The notes under the pieces: model-generated
Seen by the model: the letters and a program-made list of their open reading frames with translations, nothing else
Told to the model about the DNA's origin: nothing
The model's database searches: none
Translations under genes and position numbers: made by a program
Origin: Cyanophyceae cyanobacterium
Lineage (GTDB): Bacteria > Cyanobacteriota > Cyanobacteriia > Cyanobacteriales > Laspinemataceae
NCBI GenBank assembly: GCA_038321985.1
Contig: JBBQFN010000004.1
Span: 192,001 to 256,000 of the forward strand
Length of the DNA: 64,000 bases
Direction: 5' to 3'
Part shown: positions 21,365 to 30,037 of the stretch, piece after piece
Layout: each line of letters opens with the position of its first letter
Position numbering within the stretch: the first letter of the stretch is position 1

Positions 21365-21913
21365 ATGAGTATAGAAAAAATCGTAGAACAGGCACTACAA
21401 GATGGTTATCTAACACCAGCAATGGAAGCCGAGGTGGGAAGAATTTGCAACACCGCCTCGGAACTTTCTATTGAAGAGTACATGGCTCTCGATCGCCTGA
21501 TGGGAGCGCTCTTAACTGGAGAAGTCGTTGTTTTACCACGCAAGCAGTTTATTAACGTGATGGAAGAGTTGGTACTCTCAGAGGCGATCGCTCGGGTTGC
21601 TGAAATAGAGGCGACGAGCGATCGAACTTTGGATGTCGGCGATATTGCCGCCTATGCACTCAACCGCCTCCCTCCTCTTTATGCAACGACGGAGGAGGGT
21701 GCAAACTATCAGCGGGTTCGAGCTAAGGATGAACTGCAAGAGCTCATCTCAAAACAAGTTAATGAGGCGATCGCCCGGTATCTGGACCGGCCAGAATTCC
21801 CCGGTAGAGTCGCCCTTGGTAAAAGTTCGGGTAAAGAGATGCTTACCCAAGTTAGCAGCTTGCTCCAGTCCTACGCGACTAACTTTGAATCCCAACCCAA
21901 TTCCCCAAATTAA
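21365..21913 (+). CDS. comFB: Late competence development ComFB family protein
   Basis: NVMEELV...DIAAYALNRLPPLYATT; ATG 21365 preceded by GAGG. Confidence 0.85.
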   Translation: MSIEKIVEQALQDGYLTPAMEAEVGRICNTASELSIEEYMALDRLMGALLTGEVVVLPRKQFINVMEELVLSEAIARVAEIEATSDRTLDVGDIAAYALNRLPPLYATTEEGANYQRVRAKDELQELISKQVNEAIARYLDRPEFPGRVALGKSSGKEMLTQVSSLLQSYATNFESQPNSPN

Positions 21914-22018
21914 AGGAATCCCCTCCCACAGAACTCTGTGCTCTGTTTTTGGACTCTTTTGGGCTTTTTGGGCTTCAAAGATTTACCTCGCTCTGGTAAC
22001 TTTTTTTATCATTAAATT

Positions 22019-22048
22019 AAGGCGCTCCCTCCAGGGGCGTCTTTTTTT
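22019..22048 (+). terminator. Intrinsic terminator after comFB
   Basis: GGCGCTCC-CTCCA-GGGGCGTC followed by TTTTTTT. Confidence 0.65.
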
Positions 22049-22393
22049 GCGGGCTTCCCAAAATTGCTCTTTTTATTATATCTTAGAGAAAAATTAGAAA
22101 TCAAGTTTTTTAATGTTTAGAAATCATAAAAAATGACGCAAATTTTTCCTGTAAACTGAAATTATAAAGACAAATTAGAACCAAAATTAATGGTTTGAAA
22201 TCAATAAAATTTCAGTTTTTTAAATTTTAAATAATAAATTAATTATTTTCTTAAAATTAATTAAAATTAATTATAATAAACCTAAAAAACAAATTAAAGG
22301 AGCAGACTGTGAGATAATTAGGGAAGTGGGACTGAAGCCCGGAATAACCGAAATTTAGGTCTCTGTCAATGCATAATCTTTCTCGGGGCAATC

Positions 22394-24094
22394 ATGCAAT
22401 ATCAACAGTTACGCCAACAGTTAAGTCAACTTGATGGGCGGGGTTATAAGGCGTATAAAGATATCCAGGGTCGCTACGAATTCCCAGATTTTATACTTTC
22501 CATCGATTATGTTCAGGGAGACCCGTTTGCATCACCGAGTAAACTTTCGGTGCGAGTGCCTCAATCTGTGGCAGGTTTTGCCGGGGAATTGTATCAATCT
22601 ACCAGCCGAAATATTGCTCTGCGAGATTATCTAACTCGGGAATTTTCTAAGGCGGCAAGGCAAGTTTCGACGCGACGGGGGACGGGGAAAAGTGGGCAAA
22701 TTGCGATCGCCTCTGTCACCCAAGAGGTACTCCCACGCACTTGTGCCTTTATTAATCAAGATGAGGTAGAAGTGCGGTTTACTGTGGGACTTCCGGCCCA
22801 GGGACGGCGGATTTTGGGCGATCGCGCGGCGGAAATGCTATGTGATGATATCCCCCAAATTGTGCAACGGGCTTTATTTTACAGCAATCTGAATGGGTCA
22901 AAAATTCAACAGCAGGTGGAAACCATTGAGGATGCCGATTGGTTACGCGATCGCCTCAAAGAACGGAATTTAATTGCTTTTATTGCCGATGGTGCAATTT
23001 TACCTCGGCGCAGTGGGGTAGATGACTGTCCGTTAAAGGCTACAGAAGCTATTCCCTTTATTTCTCCCCCCTCATTACAGGTGGAATTTGATTGTCCTAA
23101 TCGGGGGAAAATTACAGGGATGGGAATTCCCACAGGGATTACCCTGATTGTCGGGGGTGGTTATCATGGTAAATCTACCTTACTTCGGGCGATCGAATTG
23201 GGAGTTTATAATCATATTCCCGGAGATGGTCGGGAATTTGTGATTACCGATTCTGATGCAATGAAAATCCGTGCAGAAGATGGTCGGAGTGTCGTTGGCG
23301 TGGATATTTCTGCCTTTATTAATCATTTACCTCAAGGTCGTTCTACTCAACAGTTTTCTACAGCAAATGCCAGTGGCAGTACGTCACAAGCGGCTAATAT
23401 TATGGAAGCATTGGAAGCTGGAACCACAGTGTTACTCGTGGATGAGGATACAGCGGCGACTAATTTTATGATTCGCGATCGCCGGATGCAAGCGTTGATT
23501 GCTAAAGAAAAGGAACCGATTACGCCTTTTATTGATAAGATTAAATCTCTCGCTAATCTTGGGGTTTCTACCATTTTGGTGATGGGAGGAAGTGGCGATT
23601 ATTTTGATGTGGCCGATCGCGCCGTGGCAATGGATAATTTTGTCGCATATAACGTTACCGATCGCGCCAAGGCAGTCGCTGCCGAATATGCTACCGGGCG
23701 GCAATCAGAAGGCGGCGAGGGTTTTGGGGCGATCACCCAAAGAGTACCCATTCCCCAAAGTTTGGATCCCAGTGCAGGTAAGCGGGATGTGCGCCTGAAG
23801 GTGCGAGATCTGGATGGGGTGCGTTTTGGGATGGAAGAGATTGATTTAACCTGCGTTGAGCAAATTGTTGATCCGGGACAATTACGGGCGATCGCCGCAG
23901 CAATGGTGTATGGGAAAGATCGCTATATGGATGGCAGGCGATCGCTGCGGGAAATTCTCGATCTGATCATGGCTGATATTGGCGACTGGGGTTTAGATGT
24001 TTTAACCCGGTTTCCGGAAGGGGATTTAGTCAAGTTTCGTCCTCTGGAACTCGCTGCTGCCTTTAATCGGTTACGAACTTTACAAGTGCGATGA
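22394..24094 (+). CDS. ABC-ATPase domain-containing protein (predicted ATPase of the ABC class)
   Basis: YVQGDPFASPS, GGGYHGKSTLL Walker A, ASGSTSQAAN, LLVDEDTAATNFM. Confidence 0.85.
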   Translation: MQYQQLRQQLSQLDGRGYKAYKDIQGRYEFPDFILSIDYVQGDPFASPSKLSVRVPQSVAGFAGELYQSTSRNIALRDYLTREFSKAARQVSTRRGTGKSGQIAIASVTQEVLPRTCAFINQDEVEVRFTVGLPAQGRRILGDRAAEMLCDDIPQIVQRALFYSNLNGSKIQQQVETIEDADWLRDRLKERNLIAFIADGAILPRRSGVDDCPLKATEAIPFISPPSLQVEFDCPNRGKITGMGIPTGITLIVGGGYHGKSTLLRAIELGVYNHIPGDGREFVITDSDAMKIRAEDGRSVVGVDISAFINHLPQGRSTQQFSTANASGSTSQAANIMEALEAGTTVLLVDEDTAATNFMIRDRRMQALIAKEKEPITPFIDKIKSLANLGVSTILVMGGSGDYFDVADRAVAMDNFVAYNVTDRAKAVAAEYATGRQSEGGEGFGAITQRVPIPQSLDPSAGKRDVRLKVRDLDGVRFGMEEIDLTCVEQIVDPGQLRAIAAAMVYGKDRYMDGRRSLREILDLIMADIGDWGLDVLTRFPEGDLVKFRPLELAAAFNRLRTLQVR

Positions 24095-24350
24095 TCCGGT
24101 ATCGATTCTAGGGACCCGATCGCCAGTCTAATATCGGAGGCGATCGCCGCAAGGATCACAACTAGCAAATTGCATCCCCGGTCCCTAGGTCACTGATTAT
24201 AAATACCTGTCCCGACTGAGTGAAATATCAAGTTCAATCGGGGCTTTTGGGTAATAAAAGGTACAAACAATCTTTTTTTATCCGACCCAGGGCAAAATGT
24301 GTAAAAATCGGATACACTAAATGCACTTCTTACATGGAAGGAGCAATCTG

Positions 24351-24392
24351 GTGATCAAAGATACGAATTGTCATCAGGATTCCCCCTAGTCT
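24351..24392 (+). promoter_or_regulatory. Putative NtcA class II promoter upstream of cobA
   Basis: GTG-N8-TAC (24351-24364), 22-nt spacer, TAGTCT -10 box (24387-24392). Confidence 0.55.
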
Positions 24393-24528
24393 AAAATAGA
24401 AATCAGGTAGCGGTCTTTAATTCAGAATGACCGTCAAATTCTATCGATATTATTCATAAATTTTAAGACCCTAAAAAGTAGGTCAATCGGGCTGATTTAA
24501 CCGAGATAAAGTCAAAGATTCAAGTTGA

Positions 24529-25314
24529 GTGAATATGGTAATGCAGCAGAGAAGCACTTTGGGCAAAGTTTATTTAGTGGGGGCAGGACCGGGAGACCCG
24601 GGTTTGCTCACTGTTAAAGGCAAAACTCTCTTAGAATGTGCCGATGTGGTGGTTTATGATGCGTTAGTCAGTCCACAAATTCTGGCACTGATTAATCCCC
24701 ATGCCGAAAAGATTGATGCGGGAAAGCGTCGGGGACGGCATTCCCTCAAGCAAGATGAGACAACCCAGCTTTTAATCGAACAGGCGCAGATTCATGCGAT
24801 CGTAGTCCGGTTAAAGGGAGGAGATCCTTTTGTGTTCGGGCGCGGTGGGGAAGAGATGGAGGATTTAATTGCGGTAGGGGTGGCAGTGGAAGTGGTGCCG
24901 GGGGTAACCTCGGGAATTGCGGCCCCTGCTTATGCGGGAATTCCCTTGACTCATCGCGGATATAGTTCTTCGGTGACCTTTGTCACGGGTCATGAGACGG
25001 TGGGGAAATATCGACCCCAGGTGAATTGGCAGGCGATCGCCCAGGGTTCAGAAACCATCGCCGTTTATATGGGGGTTCACAATTTACCCTATATCACCCA
25101 GGAACTCCTGAGTGCAGGGCTAAGTCCAGACACGCCGATCGCCTTGATTCGGTGGGGGACTCGACCGGATCAAGAAGAACTGATTGGCACCCTAGAAACT
25201 ATTGTCCAGCGGGTTGAAGAAAGTGGATTTGAAGCCCCGGCGATCGCTGTGATTGGTCAGGTAGTCAATTTACATTCCATTTTATCCAGTAGTCGTCCCG
25301 CAGTTTTTGCCTAA
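24529..25314 (+). CDS. cobA: Uroporphyrinogen-III C-methyltransferase
   Basis: VYLVGAGPGDPGLLT, VRLKGGDPFVFGRGGEE, GIPLTHRG; the start may be 24535 or 24541. Confidence 0.95.
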   Translation: MNMVMQQRSTLGKVYLVGAGPGDPGLLTVKGKTLLECADVVVYDALVSPQILALINPHAEKIDAGKRRGRHSLKQDETTQLLIEQAQIHAIVVRLKGGDPFVFGRGGEEMEDLIAVGVAVEVVPGVTSGIAAPAYAGIPLTHRGYSSSVTFVTGHETVGKYRPQVNWQAIAQGSETIAVYMGVHNLPYITQELLSAGLSPDTPIALIRWGTRPDQEELIGTLETIVQRVEESGFEAPAIAVIGQVVNLHSILSSSRPAVFA

Positions 25315-25357
25315 AAAAAAGCAATCGGATTTCCCTCGTTATTCCGAGTTTTGAGGA

Positions 25358-26386
25358 TTAATTTCGGATTCTTAAGGGGAAGGAGTTGCTATCTGCCCAT
25401 TCTGGAAGTTCTTGCAACTCCAACTCCATCCAAAAAATGCTCCCTTCGCCCATGCGACTAATCACGTGGAGTTCTCCCCCCATCATTTCCACTAATTTTT
25501 TACTAATCGCCAGACCTAATCCGGTCCCTTCTGCCATCCGGCTTTTATCTCCCACTTGATGGAAGGGTAAGAAAATTTCGTTCAGCATTTCTTCGGGAAT
25601 TCCGATGCCCGTGTCTTGAACCTCAAAGCGAATTTTCCGTTGCATCAGATGTCCCGTATTTCCCGTTTCCGGCTGGGGTTCATAGGCGCTACCGTTGACA
25701 TGGGGGAGGGGGTGGCAATCCAGGGGAGGGGAGTCGCTATTATACCATTCGCCATTTACGGCATAGCCAACTTTGAAGGCAACCCCACCTCTATCCGTAA
25801 ACTTAATAGCATTCCCCAATAAATTAATTAAAATTTGGCGCAATCGCTTTTGATCCGTGCAAATCCCCCCGGGTAAAGGGGTGACCCTTTCATAACTAAA
25901 GTCGATCCCTTTTTGCTTAGAACGCATATCAAATAAATCACAAATTCCCTTAATAAATAGAGGAAAATGAAAATCCTGAGAATCGATTTCTAAGCGGCAG
26001 GCTTCTATTTTGGCAATATCCAGAATATCGGCGATTAAAGTTAGCAGGTGTTCCCCACACTCATAAATTTTAGTGAGGTCCAGGCGTTGCTGTTCGGTCA
26101 GGTCCTCTTCTTCTTCCAACATGAGTTGGGCATAGCCCAAAATCCCATTTAACGGGGTGCGCAATTCGTGGCTCATATTGGCTAAAAATTCGCTTTTAGC
26201 ACGGCTTGCCACTTCCGCTACCTCTTTGGCTTTTAACAGTTCTGCTTCGATATTATCGCAGTGTTCCGTAGTATTTTCCAGCAGAATTTCTAAATCACTT
26301 TTTTCCTGCTTGAGCATTTCCACTTCCCGCCGCAGGGTGTGGAGATCTAAAAGGAGCTGTTCTTTTGTTACTGTCTCTTCCCACAT
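25358..26386 (-). CDS. Cytoplasmic histidine kinase: short N-terminal coiled coil, HisKA, HATPase; no sensor or receiver domain
   Basis: [18 protein letters not shown]-box, [15 protein letters not shown]-box, DTGIG, GTGLGL. Confidence 0.9.
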   Translation of the reverse strand: MWEETVTKEQLLLDLHTLRREVEMLKQEKSDLEILLENTTEHCDNIEAELLKAKEVAEVASRAKSEFLANMSHELRTPLNGILGYAQLMLEEEEDLTEQQRLDLTKIYECGEHLLTLIADILDIAKIEACRLEIDSQDFHFPLFIKGICDLFDMRSKQKGIDFSYERVTPLPGGICTDQKRLRQILINLLGNAIKFTDRGGVAFKVGYAVNGEWYNSDSPPLDCHPLPHVNGSAYEPQPETGNTGHLMQRKIRFEVQDTGIGIPEEMLNEIFLPFHQVGDKSRMAEGTGLGLAISKKLVEMMGGELHVISRMGEGSIFWMELELQELPEWADSNSFPLRIRN

Positions 26387-26667
26387 AAACTTAATCTCTT
26401 CCTTTGGCGATCGCGTGACATTGGTTTCCGCTTTTACCCCGTTGCATTCACCTTCTCCAAGCCTATTAAAAGTTCTATCAGGAAAGCTCCATTTAAGGAT
26501 AAATTTAAAGGGTTTTTTCTAACTTGAGATTAGAGTGGGGAATATAACTGAGGCCATTAGCCCCTTGAACGCTTGAACAGACCTCTTTCAGAGCAATCCC
26601 CTGTCGTCTACAGGACCGCGTAGGGGGTCATGGCCCCTACAACTGCCCCCGACCACTGGAGTCTTCT

Positions 26668-27015
26668 CTATTCCCATTCCAGTTCCAAAGACGGCATTAG
26701 TCGCTGTAAGTTCTTCAGTGACTTCCCCTGCCAAAGCAAGTTTTTAGATCCTTTAACAATCAGATTGATATCTTTTTTCTGCCGAACCTTGATCACAAAC
26801 TTTGACAGTACATTGATCCCAGAACTATTCAGAAATTCGAGGTCTTTAAGATTAAGAATCATCGTCGGTGGTTCTTGGTCGATCGCACTTTCGAGTAGTT
26901 GAATGATCGGGTCATATTCATCCATCCCATTCAATCTCAGCGAACCCTGACAGTTTAGTGTGGCTGTTTCAGTTTCATACCACAGGCGATAATCATCGGT
27001 CTTAATTTCCATCAT
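26668..27015 (-). CDS. STAS/anti-anti-sigma-like protein (slr1659 family)
   Basis: LNCQGSLRL, LEFLNSSGINVLSKF with the phospho-acceptor Ser position, WQGKSLKNLQRL. Confidence 0.8.
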   Translation of the reverse strand: MMEIKTDDYRLWYETETATLNCQGSLRLNGMDEYDPIIQLLESAIDQEPPTMILNLKDLEFLNSSGINVLSKFVIKVRQKKDINLIVKGSKNLLWQGKSLKNLQRLMPSLELEWE

Positions 27016-27359
27016 CAGTAGTCAGTCGTTAATAAAAAATTTAGGGTGAACGAGAGGGGAGTGGGGGGCCAGTTTGCCGACCCTAACCGTAGTTTGCCCA
27101 AATCGGGTTGGCTCTTCTCTCGTTTTTTTGCAGAGTGAGTCGATTTACTTGGCACTTATGCGGTATCAGGGTTCCGGAAGCACTCCATCGCTGCTGCCAC
27201 GGGACAATGGCAAGATCCTGTTGACTGGAATCACTCCCTTAGTCATTTCGCAAATTGATCGCGTGTCATCACTTGCACCCCAGCTCAAGAACAGTTAACC
27301 CACAGGCTAAATCACACAGGAGGATAGAATAGGGTTCCGAGGAGCAGATATCAAATAGT

Positions 27360-27941
27360 TTATAATAAGAGTTGTACCATTGTAGTTACGGCGATCGCTT
27401 TTTGTTCGCCGTTCATCTCCTGAAATTTCCACCCAATCTTAGCCTCATAGTCGTTGATCATGGTCAGAAAACCTAATCCCGATGAGGTGCTGGTATCGTC
27501 AAGGGCATTTTTTTCCAGTTGGCGAATGTAGAGTTCACCTGGATCCTCGCTGTTTAACTCTTTTAAAAAGCTCTGAAACTCCGGCAGTTTTTCCCAGGCA
27601 ATACTATTGGTGGTGACAAAAATAATTCTCTCGGAATTTAAGTGCAGTTGAATGCTAATCGGATAGCCCCAAGTCTCGGCACTAAACTTCATGGCATTTT
27701 CTAATAATTCATTGGCAATATAGCTAACTGCACATTTAATTTCCGCTTTTTTGTTCGGGGTCGAAGCATTTTCATCACTGCTCGGAAAAAAAGTGGTCAA
27801 ATAGTCGGCTAGAAAATCCGCTGATAACCCATTGTTTCGCCATCGCTGTTTCAGAGGGATCGAAGCTGGAGAAAATCCCAGAATCAAATACTCCGTTCCC
27901 GACGGCAAATCGTCAATGAAGTCTCCGAATATCTCTATCAT
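27360..27941 (-). CDS. GHKL anti-sigma-like Ser/Thr kinase (slr1658 / DUF6272-like family)
   Basis: RWRNNGLSADFLADY, YIANELLENAMKFS N-box, SGLGFLTMINDY G-box. Confidence 0.8.
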   Translation of the reverse strand: MIEIFGDFIDDLPSGTEYLILGFSPASIPLKQRWRNNGLSADFLADYLTTFFPSSDENASTPNKKAEIKCAVSYIANELLENAMKFSAETWGYPISIQLHLNSERIIFVTTNSIAWEKLPEFQSFLKELNSEDPGELYIRQLEKNALDDTSTSSGLGFLTMINDYEAKIGWKFQEMNGEQKAIAVTTMVQLLL

Positions 27942-28590
27942 AGGTGGGTTTAGGTGGGTAGATCAGGGGTTCATTATTGGTAAATTGGGTGGAAATTTCC
28001 CCAGAAGTAGAGCGGGGAGATGCTTCATGGGCTCCGCTTTGGGAACAAATAATTTTACTCAGCAATCGGGCAGATTCTCCCGAGGTTGACGCCGGTTCAG
28101 TTTGTTTCCCTGTAGATCCGGTTATTTCCTTCTAGATCCGGGCGATCGCATTCTCAGCCAAAAAAGTTTACTCCGGTAAAATTCCCATATCCCTCTGGAT
28201 TGGGCAGATTCTAGGCCAGATTTGCACTTTCTAACGGGTACGAATCGTCGAGTCTAACCCCCGCTTAATCCGGGGATTTTCAGTTGCCGATTGTTTTTTA
28301 GTGGGGGTTACGGAGCGATGGCTAAGCGATCCCCATCATAAACTATCGGAGTGAATGCACCCCAATTTCTCCGCTCACTTCCCTGATTTTATCCCCTCGA
28401 CAACTCCTGTGGCACCACTAGCAACCCGGGGGATATGCCTTATTTGTCTTTATTTTTTCAGACAGCCCCGAGGCGATCGCCCTTATGCCTACAATTGGCC
28501 CTCGGACATAAAAATATTGCCCCCTACCTCAAATGTCACCTATCTAAATCACTTTAAAATTAACCCATTCATCGAGACTCCCTCTAGATC

Positions 28591-28620
28591 AGTCGGTGAA
28601 CCTCATTAAATTCACCGACT
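28591..28620. terminator. Hairpin immediately downstream of the DAHP synthase gene
   Basis: Perfect 10-bp inverted repeat AGTCGGTGAA...TTCACCGACT, 9 nt past the stop codon; no clear U tract. Confidence 0.45.
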
Positions 28621-28629
28621 CCAAAACCC

Positions 28630-29487
28630 TTAAGCGGCGGATAATTCCACCACCGATTCCACTCCCCGCACCCGACGTCCCACCGCCGCGGCCACCGGAC
28701 CCAAACTCTGCACCAACTCTACCATTTCTGGCAGAGACAGCGCCTGTCTAGCATCGGAAACCGACTGTTCCGGTTCCGGGTGACACTCCATGATCAGCCC
28801 ATCCGCACCGGCTGCAACCGCCGCCCGTGCCAATCCTGCCACCAATTCTCGCTTACCTGCCGCATGAGACGGATCCACCATCACCGGCAAATGGGTGATC
28901 TGTTTCAGGGCCACCACGGCCCCCAAATCCAGGATATTCCGCGTGAATGAATCGAAACTGCGAATACCGCGTTCGCACAGAATTACATCGGGGTTCCCAT
29001 GACTCAGGATATACTCCGCTGCAAAAACAAATTCTTCCAAAGTTGCCGCGAGTCCCCGCTTCAACAACACAGGTTTACCCGCTTCTCCTAACGCTTTGAG
29101 GAGGTCGAAATTTTGCATATTCCGACTGCCCACTTGTAACATATCCGCATGAGCCACAATACTTTCAATTTGGCTAATGGACATGACTTCTGTCACAACG
29201 GGGATGCCATAACGCTGCTGCACTTCCGATAAAATCCTTAACCCCTCATCTCCCATGCCTTGAAACGAGTAAGGGGAGGTGCGGGGTTTGAAGACGCCAC
29301 CCCGTAACATTTGCACGGGTGCATGGGCAAGATGACGAGCAACGGTTTCCATTTGTTCAAGACTTTCCACCGCACAGGGACCGCCGATAATTAATAAGTC
29401 TTTGCCGCCGATGGTGGTATGAGTGCCTATCGAGATGGCGGTTTGCTGAGTGGGATGAGATTTGCTGACGAGTTTGGCGCTTTTCAT
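28630..29487 (-). CDS. aroF: 3-deoxy-7-phosphoheptulonate (DAHP) synthase, class I-beta, 285 aa, without N-terminal regulatory domain
   Basis: GPCAVES, RGGVFKPRTSPYSFQG, QVGSRNMQN, LCERGIR, VDPSH; ATG 29487 preceded by AAGGAG. Confidence 0.92.
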   Translation of the reverse strand: MKSAKLVSKSHPTQQTAISIGTHTTIGGKDLLIIGGPCAVESLEQMETVARHLAHAPVQMLRGGVFKPRTSPYSFQGMGDEGLRILSEVQQRYGIPVVTEVMSISQIESIVAHADMLQVGSRNMQNFDLLKALGEAGKPVLLKRGLAATLEEFVFAAEYILSHGNPDVILCERGIRSFDSFTRNILDLGAVVALKQITHLPVMVDPSHAAGKRELVAGLARAAVAAGADGLIMECHPEPEQSVSDARQALSLPEMVELVQSLGPVAAAVGRRVRGVESVVELSAA

Positions 29488-29523
29488 GGTGTGACTCCTT
29501 GTACAAGTAATAAGATGGACGAT

Positions 29524-29557
29524 AAAAAAAGCCCGGAACCTGTTAAAAGTTCCGGGC
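29524..29557 (-). terminator. Attenuator terminator 2 (proximal)
   Basis: Minus strand GCCCGGAAC-9 nt-GTTCCGGGC followed by TTTTTTT, 36 nt before the aroF ATG. Confidence 0.88.
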
Positions 29558-29584
29558 AAAGGCGAATTGACATCATGGCAATAC

Positions 29585-29650
29585 CTACCCAGAACTCTTT
29601 CTGAGCCAAAAGTAAAAGCCAAAAAACCAGTTATGCAAATTAGGATTCAT
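29585..29650 (-). CDS. Aromatic-rich leader peptide 2, MNPNLHNWFFGFYFWLRKSSG
   Basis: 7 aromatic codons within 8 positions; AGAGG RBS 8 nt upstream; stop codon lies inside the antiterminator arm. Confidence 0.85.
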   Translation of the reverse strand: MNPNLHNWFFGFYFWLRKSSG

Positions 29651-29693
29651 TGCGATCGCCTCTTTCGTTTGAGAGATAGTCTTTCTAAACAAC

Positions 29694-29721
29694 AAAAAAC
29701 CGCAGCGTTGCTTCTGCGGTT
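29694..29721 (-). terminator. Attenuator terminator 1 (distal)
   Basis: Minus strand AACCGCAG-8 nt-CTGCGGTT with the T run (TTTTTT) ending at 29694. Confidence 0.8.
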
Positions 29722-29749
29722 CACCAGGGGTTTCCATGTCAAAATGGAT

Positions 29750-29806
29750 TCACCGCTGGTGAACCAAGATAAACCAATAGTAAAAGAAGGGGCTGCGGTT
29801 TAACAT
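29750..29806 (-). CDS. Aromatic-rich leader peptide 1, MLNRSPFFYYWFILVHQR
   Basis: Six consecutive aromatic codons FFYYWF; 3' end contains GGTTCACCAG, complementary to CTGGTGAACC that overlaps terminator 1; no obvious SD. Confidence 0.78.
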   Translation of the reverse strand: MLNRSPFFYYWFILVHQR

Positions 29807-30037
29807 GATGAGAAGACTTAAGCTGTAAATTGAATATATGCCTAGATAAGCTAACCCTAACAAAGCCTAAACTCGATGTCAACCCCCCCATTGCTATAAC
29901 TTTTGGGCTAAATAGGGGTTTCAGATACCGGGCTCGGAGGGATATGTGCCCAGAGGTAGAGAAAGGGAGTCCGGCGGCTCGGTTCCGGTCCCTCCCCCAG
30001 ATACTGGGGAGGAGAGCAAAGATGCCTCTACCTCGGC

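Noticed and set aside
22060..22300. Very AT-rich tracts here and at about 11030-11430 as a replication origin or foreign DNA
   Set aside because: No DnaA-box cluster or mobile-element signature seen; AT-rich spacers are common in these genomes.
24301..24315. GTA...TAC upstream of cobA as an NtcA box
   Set aside because: Spacing is N9, not N8; the site at 24351 has the correct geometry.
29488..29622. Track ORF 28630..29622 suggests a 45-aa N-terminal extension of DAHP synthase
   Set aside because: The extension crosses the terminator and leader 2 and resembles no regulatory domain; ATG 29487 has a strong AAGGAG RBS.
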